The notes below the pieces were generated by a model that worked only from the letters and a program-made list of their open reading frames with translations, was not told the DNA's origin and searched no databases. A stretch of DNA of 64,000 bases. Origin: an uncultured virus (IMG/VR IMGVR_UViG_3300022752_000039) (lineage: Duplodnaviria > Heunggongvirae > Uroviricota > Caudoviricetes). The stretch lies in the IMG/VR virus record IMGVR_UViG_3300022752_000039; one strand, written 5' to 3'. Of the stretch, positions 16,036 to 26,007 are shown piece after piece. A program made the translations under genes and the position numbers. Numbering within the stretch: position 1 is the first letter of the stretch; each line of letters opens with the position of its first letter.

Positions 16036-16431
16036 ATGACAATCTCACCAGCACCTCGCTTTCCAGAGCGTGCACCTCAGATCTACGAAATGAAAGAGTC
16101 TGGCAACGCAACTCGCCGTGGACCACTACGTTTTGAAGAAGGAGTCGCAACTGACACAGATGTGCCAGCAGACTTCCAGGTAGGAATGATGTCAGGTTCT
16201 GCAACAGCACCTGGCCGTCCAAACCGCAACGCACCAGTACACACAAAGACCGCTGCTGAGACTCTCTCAGAGCGTGCACACGTTGGATCAGCATCATGGA
16301 CAGAAGCACCAACATTCCTTGGTGAATTTGCACATGGAACAATGAATGACTATTCAGGTGCTCAATTTGAGACTGCAGTTCGTTCAGGTGGCCGCACACA
16401 GCGCATGTCACCAACAGTCGTAAACGACTAA
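16036..16431 (+). CDS. Head-module protein of unknown function
   Basis: AAGGAG SD; between terL and portal. Confidence 0.75.
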   Translation: MTISPAPRFPERAPQIYEMKESGNATRRGPLRFEEGVATDTDVPADFQVGMMSGSATAPGRPNRNAPVHTKTAAETLSERAHVGSASWTEAPTFLGEFAHGTMNDYSGAQFETAVRSGGRTQRMSPTVVND

Positions 16432-16452
16432 TAGTTTAGTAAGTACGCCGAC

Positions 16453-16478
16453 CCACCCTTACACTAGTGTGAGGGTGG
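16453..16478 (+). terminator. Stem-loop
   Basis: ccacccttaca-ctag-tgtgagggtgg. Confidence 0.6.
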
Positions 16479-16500
16479 TTAGGCTATCCTTGGAGGAGAT

Positions 16501-16746
16501 ATGAGAAAACCCGCAAACCCAAAGTTATATGCAACTATCGTTGCTATGGCTCGTGCTAAGTATTCCTCATACCCAAATCCAGGTGCATCAGCATGGGTGC
16601 ACAAGAAGTACATCCAGAGCGGTGGACAGTTTGTTGAAACGACTGAAGCCACACGTAAAGTTGCAATGGCTAAGAAAAAAGAAGACAAAGAAAAGTCAAA
16701 GCATCTTGAAACTAAAAAAGAAAACAAGAAAGATAAGAAGAAGTAA
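16501..16746 (+). CDS. Small Lys-rich protein
   Basis: PANPKLY...AKYSSYP...KKYIQSGG; Lys/Glu tail; GGAGG SD. Confidence 0.75.
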   Translation: MRKPANPKLYATIVAMARAKYSSYPNPGASAWVHKKYIQSGGQFVETTEATRKVAMAKKKEDKEKSKHLETKKENKKDKKK

Positions 16747-18482
16747 TGTCATTTCTTGACTTTAGTCCTCCATCGTATAGAGCAGCCTCTAGCGATTTAA
16801 CAATCTCAATTTCACCACTTGGTTTGGTGGAACTTGCTGATGAAGAGTTTGAAGTACACGGTCCTCGACTTAATCGTTACTCACTCAACTGGGCGATGTA
16901 TCTTGGTCATCACTGGGGCTATCGCCGTGAGCAAGGTGAGATGCAGATTGCAGTTAACTACTACCGTGCATTTGATGACTATCTTTCACGTTTTACATTT
17001 GGTAACGGTATACATTTTCGTTCACCTAAAGCAACAGAAGCAATTGTTCCAGATCGCTTAGAGCGCATTTGGGAAGTAGACAATGACAAGATGCGTGTCC
17101 TACTTGAGATGGGACAGCAAGGCGGAATCACTGGTGATTGTTTTGTAAAGGTCGCATACGAAGAGCCATGGACAGACTCTGCTGGTCACTTCCATCCTGG
17201 CCGTGTTCGTCTACTACCAATGAACTCTTCTTTCTGTTTTCCTGAGTTCCACCCACACGATCGCACACGCCTACTGCGTTTTAAACAGAAGTATCGTTTC
17301 TGGGGAACATCACTAGAAGGTACACGTCAAGTGTTTACCTATACTGAAATTTTGACTGACGACGTTATTGAAGAGTACGTCAACGATGAGTTAATTGACT
17401 CTCGCCCAAATCCACTAGGACTAATCCCAGTGGTACATATACCTAATGTTCCTGTTTCAGGATCGCCGTGGGGTCTCTCGGACGCACATGACATCATCAC
17501 TATCAACCGTGCATACAACGAAATTAGCACTGATGTCGCTGACATCATTAATTACCACGCATCACCAGTGACAGTGATCGTGGGTGCTAAAGCCTCTAAC
17601 TTGGAAAAGGGTGCTAAGAAAGTCTGGGGCGGTCTTCCAAAAGATGCTCAGGTTTTCAATCTTGAAGGCGGCGCCCAAGGTATTGATGGTGCTTTGAAGT
17701 ATCTCGAACTTCTAAAGCGCTCAATGCATGAACTTATGAACATCCCAGAAACCGCACTGGGACAAGTTCAAGCGATTTCTAACACCTCAGGTGTAGCCCT
17801 GTCTATCCAGTATCAGCCATTGATGAATCGCTACTCACAAAAGGTAGCCCAGTATGGCAAGGGTATTGAAAGAATCAACGAGTTAGCACTTCGTACTCTG
17901 TACCTCAAGGAACCAGAGACGATGATGTACAACCCAGATGTAGATGGACCTATTAAGCCAGGTCAACTACCTATGCTTGATCCTAATGATCCTATCTCGT
18001 ACATGAACTATGCTCACTTCCCACAGCCACTGCCTCTTGATAAGTTGATTGCGCTCAACGAAATCCAGACTAAGTTGGGTATGGGTCTTGAGTCTAAAGA
18101 AGGTGCACTTCGTACTCTTGGTGAGGAATTCCCAGAGGAGAAGTTGCAGGAAATTCGTCAAGAACTTATCACTGATGCTGAAGCAGATGGCGCTCTACAA
18201 CTTGTAAAGATCCAGATCCAGAAGCAGATCATGGACATGACTGGAATGATGCCAGGACCTGATGGCAACTCCGCTATCCCAATGCAGCCTACTCAACTAG
18301 GAGACGGCGATGTTATGGGTGATGGCATGATGGGACCACAGGATGACAACAATCCACAAAATCCTGCAAGCCAAGAGACTAAGGGAATCGAAGTCCAGGC
18401 TGAGGCAGAACTGCGTAACAAACTTGTCACCGATGCCTACGGAACTAAAATCCCACAGCGCAGATCGGTTGATAAGGAATAG
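16746..18482 (+). CDS. Portal protein (SPP1 gp6-like)
   Basis: Position after terL; IPVVHIPN...WGLSD, NTSGVALSIQY motifs; 578 aa. Confidence 0.88.
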   Translation: MSFLDFSPPSYRAASSDLTISISPLGLVELADEEFEVHGPRLNRYSLNWAMYLGHHWGYRREQGEMQIAVNYYRAFDDYLSRFTFGNGIHFRSPKATEAIVPDRLERIWEVDNDKMRVLLEMGQQGGITGDCFVKVAYEEPWTDSAGHFHPGRVRLLPMNSSFCFPEFHPHDRTRLLRFKQKYRFWGTSLEGTRQVFTYTEILTDDVIEEYVNDELIDSRPNPLGLIPVVHIPNVPVSGSPWGLSDAHDIITINRAYNEISTDVADIINYHASPVTVIVGAKASNLEKGAKKVWGGLPKDAQVFNLEGGAQGIDGALKYLELLKRSMHELMNIPETALGQVQAISNTSGVALSIQYQPLMNRYSQKVAQYGKGIERINELALRTLYLKEPETMMYNPDVDGPIKPGQLPMLDPNDPISYMNYAHFPQPLPLDKLIALNEIQTKLGMGLESKEGALRTLGEEFPEEKLQEIRQELITDAEADGALQLVKIQIQKQIMDMTGMMPGPDGNSAIPMQPTQLGDGDVMGDGMMGPQDDNNPQNPASQETKGIEVQAEAELRNKLVTDAYGTKIPQRRSVDKE

Positions 18483-18612
18483 AAGATTCTGATAAAAAAT
18501 CAGAGTATACCGAGATTTTTGTAGTGAAATGTAATGCAATTATCTCGTAATAAAACCCAGTGGCACGCCGCAAGGCATTCGGACAAAGACCCAGAAAATA
18601 TAGGTGATTACT

Positions 18613-19386
18613 ATGGAAAACCAAGTAGAAACCGCTGATCTACTGTCTCCGCAATTAGCAGAAGCAGTTACAGCACAAGAAGTTTTTCAGAATGAGGTGA
18701 GTTCTGTGTATACCGCAGATGACATTGCTAAGGCTCGTGAGCAAGAAAAAGCAAAGTTATATCCTCAAATGGAAAAGATGAAAGAAGAACTTGCTGCTGC
18801 AAAGGCTCGTGCTGAAGAAGCAGCAGCCAAAGAAGCAGAACGCGAAAACCTTCGTCTTGCTCTTGAGAAAGAAGCAGAAGCAAAGCGTAAGCAAGAAGAA
18901 GAAAGTGAACTATCGTTCAAAGAACTCCTCGCAAAGAAGGAGCAAGAATTTAGTTCTCAACTAGAGAACGAACGTCTTGAAAGAGAACGTGCATTTGCTC
19001 TACTAGAGCAAGAGCGCAGGTTCCAAGAACTAATGAATTACCGTCAAAATCGTCTGGAACAAGAGCGGGATAATATCGTTCCTGAACTAATCGATTTGAT
19101 TCAAGGTAATACTCCCGATGAAGTTGAGAGCAGCATCGCTACTCTCAAAGATAAGTCTTCAAGTATTTTGCAATCTGCACAAGCAGCAATGCAATCTGCG
19201 AAGCAACAAATGGCAGGTACTCGAATTACCGCACCTGCCTCAGGACCCCTCGATAATGACTCGTCACAACAATCGTATACACCCGATGCAATTCGGGACA
19301 TGACAATGGCCGACTATGCGAAACAAAGAGCCAAGTTACTTGGCACTGCCGCCAGCAATCGTGGTCAGGGACTGTTCGATCAGTAA
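18613..19386 (+). CDS. Capsid scaffolding protein
   Basis: E/K/A-rich coiled coil directly upstream of capsid; C-terminal MTMADYAKQR. Confidence 0.8.
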   Translation: MENQVETADLLSPQLAEAVTAQEVFQNEVSSVYTADDIAKAREQEKAKLYPQMEKMKEELAAAKARAEEAAAKEAERENLRLALEKEAEAKRKQEEESELSFKELLAKKEQEFSSQLENERLERERAFALLEQERRFQELMNYRQNRLEQERDNIVPELIDLIQGNTPDEVESSIATLKDKSSSILQSAQAAMQSAKQQMAGTRITAPASGPLDNDSSQQSYTPDAIRDMTMADYAKQRAKLLGTAASNRGQGLFDQ

Positions 19387-19425
19387 TCCCTTCCAACTAA
19401 CCAATTAAGAAAGGACTTGACCTAA

Positions 19426-20553
19426 ATGGCAAGTGCAATTACAGGTACTGGGCAACTCGCAGGAGCGCCTACAGCGTACTCAGGTTCAAACACATCTTTG
19501 AGCCAAGCAATTCAAACAATCTGGAGCAAGGAAATCTTGTTCCAGGCAATGCCAATTCTTCGCTTCGAGCAATTCGCAGTTAAGAAGACAGAACTAGGTG
19601 TAGCACCTGGTCTACGCGTTAACTTCCTCCGTTACAAGAACTTTGGTATCGATCCAACACCTCTAACTGAAGGTGTTCGTATGACAACCAACGCTCTAAC
19701 AGCAGAGCAGATCGCAATCACAGTTGCAGAACACGGCTACGCAGTAGCAGTTTCTGAACTACTTCTTAACGCATCATTCGATGACGTTATGGCTTCAGCC
19801 TCACGTCTTCTAGGTCGCCACATGGCGCAGTACCTAGATGTACAGGCTCGCAACACACTATCAGCAGCAACATCAGCAGTGTTTGGTTACGACCGCTCAG
19901 CAGTACAAGGTGTTAATGACTGGTACAACGAAGGCACAGTAGCAACACAGATGTCAGACCTTGATGGTAACTACAAGTTGTCAACAGGTGCTGTAAAGGA
20001 TGCTGCTCTTACCCTTGCTGGTAAGAACATCCCTCGCTTAGGTGAGACATATGTACAGTTTGTACACCCAAAGCAGTCACGAGACATTCGTTCGAACCCA
20101 GAGTTCATCGAAGTGACTAAGTACGCTGCTCCAGGTAACTTCATGCTCGGTGAAATCGGTCGTCTATACGACGTAGTATTCATCGAAACAACACAGGTTA
20201 AGAAGTTGGCAGTTAACGCTGCTTACACAACTTCAACATCTGTTGGTGTTCCAGCAGATCAGTACAGCGTTCCTGTCAAGGCTAACACAGCCCCAGGTTC
20301 AGGTGGAAACCCAGAGTCTGCTGATTACACTGCAGAAAAGGGTTACCTAACATCAGCAACTGGTAACGGTGCTGAAGTTTACGAATCAATCATGATTGGT
20401 GACAACGCATTTGGTCACGCAATCTCTCTCCCAGTTGAACTACGTGACGGTGGAGTTCTTGACTTCGGTCGTGAGCACGCTCTTGCATGGTACGCAATCT
20501 GGGGCCTAGGTGTAATCACCGATCAGGCTATCGTCAAGGTTTACACAAACTAA
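19426..20553 (+). CDS. Major capsid protein (N4-gp56-like HK97 fold)
   Basis: LTEG, EHG, FVHPKQSRDIR, GEIGRLYDVVFIET, DFGR...AWY; strongly biased codons. Confidence 0.9.
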   Translation: MASAITGTGQLAGAPTAYSGSNTSLSQAIQTIWSKEILFQAMPILRFEQFAVKKTELGVAPGLRVNFLRYKNFGIDPTPLTEGVRMTTNALTAEQIAITVAEHGYAVAVSELLLNASFDDVMASASRLLGRHMAQYLDVQARNTLSAATSAVFGYDRSAVQGVNDWYNEGTVATQMSDLDGNYKLSTGAVKDAALTLAGKNIPRLGETYVQFVHPKQSRDIRSNPEFIEVTKYAAPGNFMLGEIGRLYDVVFIETTQVKKLAVNAAYTTSTSVGVPADQYSVPVKANTAPGSGGNPESADYTAEKGYLTSATGNGAEVYESIMIGDNAFGHAISLPVELRDGGVLDFGREHALAWYAIWGLGVITDQAIVKVYTN

Positions 20554-20566
20554 GACAAGTTTTACA

Positions 20567-20607
20567 GATGTCTGGGGACCCTACTCCTTCCTGGGTCCCC
20601 AGGCATC
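20567..20607 (+). terminator. Strong hairpin after capsid gene
   Basis: gatgtctggggaccc-tactccttcct-gggtccccaggcatc; no U-tract. Confidence 0.6.
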
Positions 20608-20639
20608 AATAACCAATCTACTTTAGGAGAATACATACC

Positions 20640-21011
20640 GTGGCAAATACACCAGTAAGTCCTTTAGACGCAACAGGTCGTGCTAAAGAGCAAGCAACAA
20701 AGAAGAACGCAGCAGAGTTAAAGAAGCGTGCAGAAGAGATCTCTATTGCTACGCAACTTGAAGCAGAGAGTCTGGAGAAGGATGTCTTTGATCCTAAGAA
20801 GCCAGATGCCCCACTCGTACTAGACGAGATCGAAAATGTTGGAGTATCAACTGCAGGTGACATGGTTGTCATCCGTACAATTACTGACATTGAAGAAATG
20901 ACTTACGGCGTAGGCAATGCTTACACCTTTAAGGCTGGCGTTAAGTATCGAGTCCCATCAGATCTTGCGGCTTACCTTGAGCAACTTGGATATATTTGGC
21001 GTCCTAACTAA
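20640..21011 (+). CDS. Head-associated hypothetical protein
   Basis: AGGAG SD, GTG start. Confidence 0.75.
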   Translation: MANTPVSPLDATGRAKEQATKKNAAELKKRAEEISIATQLEAESLEKDVFDPKKPDAPLVLDEIENVGVSTAGDMVVIRTITDIEEMTYGVGNAYTFKAGVKYRVPSDLAAYLEQLGYIWRPN

Positions 21012-21030
21012 ACACTAGACGTCACAAGTA

Positions 21031-21085
21031 GTCCGACCCTCAACTGGTTCCCGCCCTCCTCCCAGTTGGGGGTTGGGCCTTTTTT
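21031..21085 (+). terminator. Rho-independent terminator
   Basis: gtccgaccctcaactgg...ccagttgggggttgggc then T-tract. Confidence 0.8.
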
Positions 21086-21143
21086 GCCCTGTGTAAATCT
21101 TGATTACACGAGATGATAGGCACAGTAATTTTACGGAGGTTAA

Positions 21144-22202
21144 GTGGCTACATTAGCAGCGATGTCAAACCGCCTACGTTACGAACTTGGTGACATTGGT
21201 CGATCTTTCGTCTACCAATTTGTGGCTGATGGCACCACTAACCGTTTTCTTATTCCCTACTCTCCTCTTGACGGTGCATACCTAGCCATAAATAGCGATG
21301 GAGTAGATGTGTCTGCTGATGTAGAGGTTGAAGAAGCAACAGGGCATATCGTCTTTGACGACACTCCAGCAGCAGGTGACGTCGTTATCGTTGCTGGAAA
21401 CTACTTCAAGTACTTCACAGAGACTGAAGTTTGCCAGTATATCGACGACGCATTTGCACAACACACTACTTTTCACACAGACTCTTACGGCCGCACAATG
21501 ACTATGGCAAATTTACCTACCGTAGAAGAGTATCCAGTAATTATTTACGCATCTACTCTAGCCATGTACACACTGGCTACAGATGCCTCTTTTGATATCG
21601 ACATTCAAGCGCCAGATGGAGTGATGATTCCTCGCTCTGAGCGTTACCGCCAGTTGATGCAGATGATTGAAGTTCGCAAGAACCAATACAAGGAACTCTG
21701 TTCACAACTTGGCATTGGTTTGTACAAGATCGATGTGTTCTCATTGCGTCGTATTTCAAAGACCACTAATGAATACGTACCAGTATTTGAGCCACAGGAG
21801 ATTGACAACAAGTCCCCTAAGACAAGGGTTCGTCTACCTATCCCTACCTATGGAAATGTCAAACCAACTCCAACAACTGTTGTGCAAGACCTCAACATCT
21901 ACGAAGGTGATGACTACGAGTTCTCTATTCGTTTAGACTTTGAAGTAAACAACTTAACCCCACTGGCAGAGATTAGATCACTTCCAGGTGCAGCAGTTGT
22001 ATTTGCTGAGTTTACTGTGACAAAACCAAACATCACTGAAGATGGCGATAATCAACGAACACTGGTTCTTTCACTTACTGGTGAGCAGACTCGTTTACTT
22101 CCTGCAAGATCGTACTACGATGTACAATTGACAGACGCAGAAGGTGTAACTCACACTTACGTCTCTGGAATAATCTTCGTTACAAAAGAGGTAAGCCAAT
22201 GA
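21144..22202 (+). CDS. Head-tail adaptor/neck protein with C-terminal Ig-like domain
   Basis: RLRYELGD N-terminus typical of adaptors; IYEGD...YYDVQLT...G Ig/BppU-like C-terminus. Confidence 0.65.
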   Translation: MATLAAMSNRLRYELGDIGRSFVYQFVADGTTNRFLIPYSPLDGAYLAINSDGVDVSADVEVEEATGHIVFDDTPAAGDVVIVAGNYFKYFTETEVCQYIDDAFAQHTTFHTDSYGRTMTMANLPTVEEYPVIIYASTLAMYTLATDASFDIDIQAPDGVMIPRSERYRQLMQMIEVRKNQYKELCSQLGIGLYKIDVFSLRRISKTTNEYVPVFEPQEIDNKSPKTRVRLPIPTYGNVKPTPTTVVQDLNIYEGDDYEFSIRLDFEVNNLTPLAEIRSLPGAAVVFAEFTVTKPNITEDGDNQRTLVLSLTGEQTRLLPARSYYDVQLTDAEGVTHTYVSGIIFVTKEVSQ

Positions 22203-22750
22203 CGAATCAGTACACCCGTCCAGGGTCTGCAACGGTACCAATTGCAGTTAACAACGTCGTACTCATAACAACACCTGAAGGAACTGTCCACGCATCAAAC
22301 TGTGGGTGCGGTGCCTGCTCTGGTGGTGGAGCGGTAACTGGTGCTCAAGGTACTCAAGGAGTCAGAGGCGCCCAAGGTACACAGGGTGTACAGGGAACCA
22401 TTGGTCTTCAAGGTGTACAAGGTGTACAAGGTCGACTTGGTACTGGAACTCAAGGAACACAAGGAACTGCTGGACTACAAGGTATTAGTGGAGCAGCACT
22501 TGATAACACAGACGACCTTACAGAAGGCACAACAAATAAGTACTTTACAGTTGCTCGTGTCTCATATGCTCACATGCAAGGAGCGGCCAGTAATTCCTGG
22601 GCGATTACTCATAATTTAGGCTTTAAGCCTAACGTTACAGTTATAGACTCTGCTGGTAACATTGTTGAAGGTGAAATTGCGTACACTAATTCGAACTCAC
22701 TAACGGTCTCCTTCCAATCCGCTTTCTCAGGTAATGCCTACTTATCTTAA
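22199..22750 (+). CDS. Short collagen-like fibre protein
   Basis: G-x-Q triplets; TDDLTEGTTNKYFT motif; WAITHNLG..PNVTV C-terminal domain. Confidence 0.8.
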   Translation: MTNQYTRPGSATVPIAVNNVVLITTPEGTVHASNCGCGACSGGGAVTGAQGTQGVRGAQGTQGVQGTIGLQGVQGVQGRLGTGTQGTQGTAGLQGISGAALDNTDDLTEGTTNKYFTVARVSYAHMQGAASNSWAITHNLGFKPNVTVIDSAGNIVEGEIAYTNSNSLTVSFQSAFSGNAYLS

Positions 22751-22761
22751 GGAGATAAACC

Positions 22762-25740
22762 GTGGCCCGTAAGTTTTTAACCCCAATTGATTTAGGAAAA
22801 CTTGAATTACAGAATGCTCGTATTCAAAACCTTGCTACCGTTAACAAGCCAGCCAACCCAGTCGAAGGTCAGATTTACTATGACACTGACGATAAGGTTG
22901 TAAAGACTTGGAACGGCACTGCGTGGATTAACGCAAGCCAAGGTACACAAGGAACCACTGGCGCACAGGGAACTGTCGGCGCACAGGGAACGATTGGTAC
23001 ACAAGGAGCAATAGGTTCTCAAGGCACTGTCGGTGCACAGGGAACTGTAGGAGCGCAAGGTACCGTTGGTGCACAAGGTACTGTCGGTAGCCAAGGAACT
23101 GTAGGAGCCCAAGGAGCAGCAGGTGCTCAAGGTCTAGATGGTTCTAATGGTGCTCAAGGTACAGTTGGATCACAAGGTACTGTAGGTAGCCAAGGAACAG
23201 TAGGCTCACAAGGAACTGTAGGAGCGCAAGGCACAGTAGGTTCACAAGGTACTAATGGTATACAAGGTATTGACGGAAACAACGGAGCGCAAGGTACACA
23301 GGGTACTGAAGGTTCATTCGGTGGTATTACAGTTGAGTACACATACAGTAATAGCACAAGTATGTCAGACCCAGGCGACAACTATGCTCGTCTAAATAAC
23401 ACTACGTTAGCCTCAGCAACAATTCTTGCATTAGACATCAACCCTTCTGATGGTAACTACGATGTCTCTAACTTCTTACAAACTATTGATGACTCAACCT
23501 CTACTATCAAGGGTCACGTAAAAGTATCTAAGAAAAATGATACTTCTGTTTTTGCTCTTTACACAATTTCTGGTGTTACTGATCAATCAAATTGGTTTAC
23601 TGTTAACGTTGCTTATGTCTCTGGTAACGGAAACTTTAGCAATGGCGATGAACTTCTATTTACATTTGCTCGTACTGGTGATCTAGGTGCTCAAGGAGCA
23701 CAAGGAACAACAGGAGCACAAGGTACTACAGGTACTCAAGGTACTTTAGGTTCTCAAGGCACTACAGGTGCACAAGGAACTGTAGGTTCACAAGGAACCC
23801 TTGGTACTCAAGGTGCAACGGGTGCTCAAGGAACTACTGGCGCACAGGGAACTCTGGGAACACAGGGTGCTGTAGGTACACAGGGTACTGTTGGAGCACA
23901 GGGTACTGAAGGTACACAAGGAACTCTAGGTTCTCAAGGAGCAGTCGGTAGCCAAGGTACTCTTGGTGCACAGGGTGCAGTAGGTGCTCAGGGCACTGTT
24001 GGAGCCCAAGGAACTGTGGGATCACAGGGTACTCTCGGTGCTCAAGGTGCTGTAGGTTCACAGGGTACAGTCGGTAGCCAAGGTACAGAGGGTGCTCAGG
24101 GAACTCTAGGTGCTCAAGGAGCCGAAGGTTCATTTGGTGGTGTAACTGTTGAATACGCATACAGCACATCAACTACAATGTCAGACCCAGGTGCTTCAAA
24201 CGTAAGATTTAACGCAGCCCTAGCAAGTGCTACTCATCTTGTGATTGATGATGTAGATGTAAATGCAACAAACATTGCTTCATATCTAGCAACTATCGAT
24301 GACTCTACATCTACTATTAAGGGTCACGTAAAGATCTCAAAGAAGTCTAACCCTGCAGTATTTGCAATGTATGCAATTAACTCAATGGTTGATGACACAG
24401 GGTTCTTTGATTTAAATATTACTTATTTATCTGGTGCTGGTTCTTTATCAAACTCTGATCCAGTTCTATTAACCTTTGCTCGTACTGGTGATGCTGGTTC
24501 TACTGGTGCTCAAGGAACTGTCGGTACCCAAGGTACAGTTGGTTCACAAGGAACTGTAGGTGCTCAAGGAACAACTGGAGCCCAAGGTACTCAAGGTACG
24601 GCAGCACTCTGGAACTTTACTGGCGCTTATAACATCGGATTACCATATGCAGTTGGCGACGTAGCAACTTACGAAGGACAGACTTGGTACCGCAAACATG
24701 CTAATGGCGGTAACACTGGAGATACTCCTGTAGAAGGAACCTTCTGGACACTACTTGCTGCACAAGGCGTACAAGGAACCGTAGGAGCCCAAGGCACTGT
24801 TGGTACGCAAGGAACTACTGGTGCCCAAGGTACCGTAGGTAGCCAAGGTACAGTCGGTTCACAGGGTACCGTTGGTGCCCAAGGTACTGAAGGTGCCCAA
24901 GGCACTGTAGGTAGCCAGGGAACAGTTGGTTCTCAAGGTACAACAGGCGCCCAAGGTACAACAGGCGCCCAAGGTACAGTTGGTTCACAAGGAACCGTTG
25001 GCTCTCAGGGTACTGTTGGTAGCCAGGGTACTGTCGGTACACAAGGCACAGTTGGTGCTCAAGGTACCGTTGGTGCTCAAGGTACAGAGGGACACTCTGA
25101 CCGCTACAAGACGACCTCTACAACCTCACGTGCAATTGCAGTAGCAAACAACGTAAGTTTTGTACTGGCTGATGCAGATCTTTCATACTCAGTAGGTCAA
25201 GACGTAGTAGTTGCTTACGATGTAAACAACAACATGTCTGCCACTGTAGTAAGTTACACAGCAGGAACTAACACACTCGTTGTAAACGTCAATGACGTTC
25301 GAGGCTCAGGAACATACGCTGTATGGTCAATCAACCTCGATGGTGCTACTGGTGTACAGGGTACAACTGGAGCCCAAGGTACCGTTGGTGCTCAAGGTAC
25401 AGTAGGAGCCCAAGGTACAACTGGTACGCAAGGCACAGTAGGTACCCAAGGTACTCTTGGTACCCAAGGAACAACAGGTGCACAAGGTACCTCTGGTCAA
25501 CTTGGAACTTACGCAACAACTATTACTGGAACTTCTACAGATGGTGGAGCAACTGGAACTACACAGTTCACAGTCACACACAGCCTTGGAACTACAGACA
25601 TCATGGTTACCGTATGGGATACCACTACAAAGGCCGAAGTTGTAACTGACGTTGTGTACGTAACGACCAGCACAGTCACAGTCGGATTTGCAGTCGCCCC
25701 AATTACAACTCAGTCATACAGAGTGGTAGTCAAGGCATAA
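22762..25740 (+). CDS. Long collagen-like fibre with two duplicated globular domains and a CBM5/12-like module
   Basis: (GxQGTx)n; two FGG.TVEY...TIDDSTSTIKGHV...TFARTGD domains; YAVGDVATYEGQTW. Confidence 0.85.
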   Translation: MARKFLTPIDLGKLELQNARIQNLATVNKPANPVEGQIYYDTDDKVVKTWNGTAWINASQGTQGTTGAQGTVGAQGTIGTQGAIGSQGTVGAQGTVGAQGTVGAQGTVGSQGTVGAQGAAGAQGLDGSNGAQGTVGSQGTVGSQGTVGSQGTVGAQGTVGSQGTNGIQGIDGNNGAQGTQGTEGSFGGITVEYTYSNSTSMSDPGDNYARLNNTTLASATILALDINPSDGNYDVSNFLQTIDDSTSTIKGHVKVSKKNDTSVFALYTISGVTDQSNWFTVNVAYVSGNGNFSNGDELLFTFARTGDLGAQGAQGTTGAQGTTGTQGTLGSQGTTGAQGTVGSQGTLGTQGATGAQGTTGAQGTLGTQGAVGTQGTVGAQGTEGTQGTLGSQGAVGSQGTLGAQGAVGAQGTVGAQGTVGSQGTLGAQGAVGSQGTVGSQGTEGAQGTLGAQGAEGSFGGVTVEYAYSTSTTMSDPGASNVRFNAALASATHLVIDDVDVNATNIASYLATIDDSTSTIKGHVKISKKSNPAVFAMYAINSMVDDTGFFDLNITYLSGAGSLSNSDPVLLTFARTGDAGSTGAQGTVGTQGTVGSQGTVGAQGTTGAQGTQGTAALWNFTGAYNIGLPYAVGDVATYEGQTWYRKHANGGNTGDTPVEGTFWTLLAAQGVQGTVGAQGTVGTQGTTGAQGTVGSQGTVGSQGTVGAQGTEGAQGTVGSQGTVGSQGTTGAQGTTGAQGTVGSQGTVGSQGTVGSQGTVGTQGTVGAQGTVGAQGTEGHSDRYKTTSTTSRAIAVANNVSFVLADADLSYSVGQDVVVAYDVNNNMSATVVSYTAGTNTLVVNVNDVRGSGTYAVWSINLDGATGVQGTTGAQGTVGAQGTVGAQGTTGTQGTVGTQGTLGTQGTTGAQGTSGQLGTYATTITGTSTDGGATGTTQFTVTHSLGTTDIMVTVWDTTTKAEVVTDVVYVTTSTVTVGFAVAPITTQSYRVVVKA

Positions 25741-25743
25741 CAC

Positions 25744-26007
25744 ATGAGTAAAAAAGCACTCGTCCCTATCAACGTACTGTCCAGCGGAGTAGAACCTGCT
25801 GGACGGTACGATGGTGACGTCTACTTTAATTCTCTTAGCCAAAGTTTCTTCGTGTACAACGGAGTTAGTTGGATAGAGTTTTTGCCAAATATTCAACCAG
25901 TAACAGAAGATGGTGGAGTAGTTGGTTCAGCACAGCCAGATGATCTGGACGGTGGAAGTGCAGGCACTACTGATTTTGAGACAACCTTCGATGGAGGAAA
26001 CGCTTAA
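25744..26007 (+). CDS. Small fibre adaptor-like protein (DGG repeats)
   Basis: GDVYFNS...VYNGVSW; three DGG motifs. Confidence 0.65.
   Translation: MSKKALVPINVLSSGVEPAGRYDGDVYFNSLSQSFFVYNGVSWIEFLPNIQPVTEDGGVVGSAQPDDLDGGSAGTTDFETTFDGGNA

Noticed and set aside
18555..18600. Structured leader before the scaffold (gcc-gcaa-ggc GNRA hairpin)
   Set aside because: Only a 3-bp stem; not enough support without covariation data
14375..18660. Tag-like words in terminase (ELSQQF) and scaffold (LLSPQL)
   Set aside because: Lack the Asn and the xx spacing; could be chance, so not counted as NLSxxQF members
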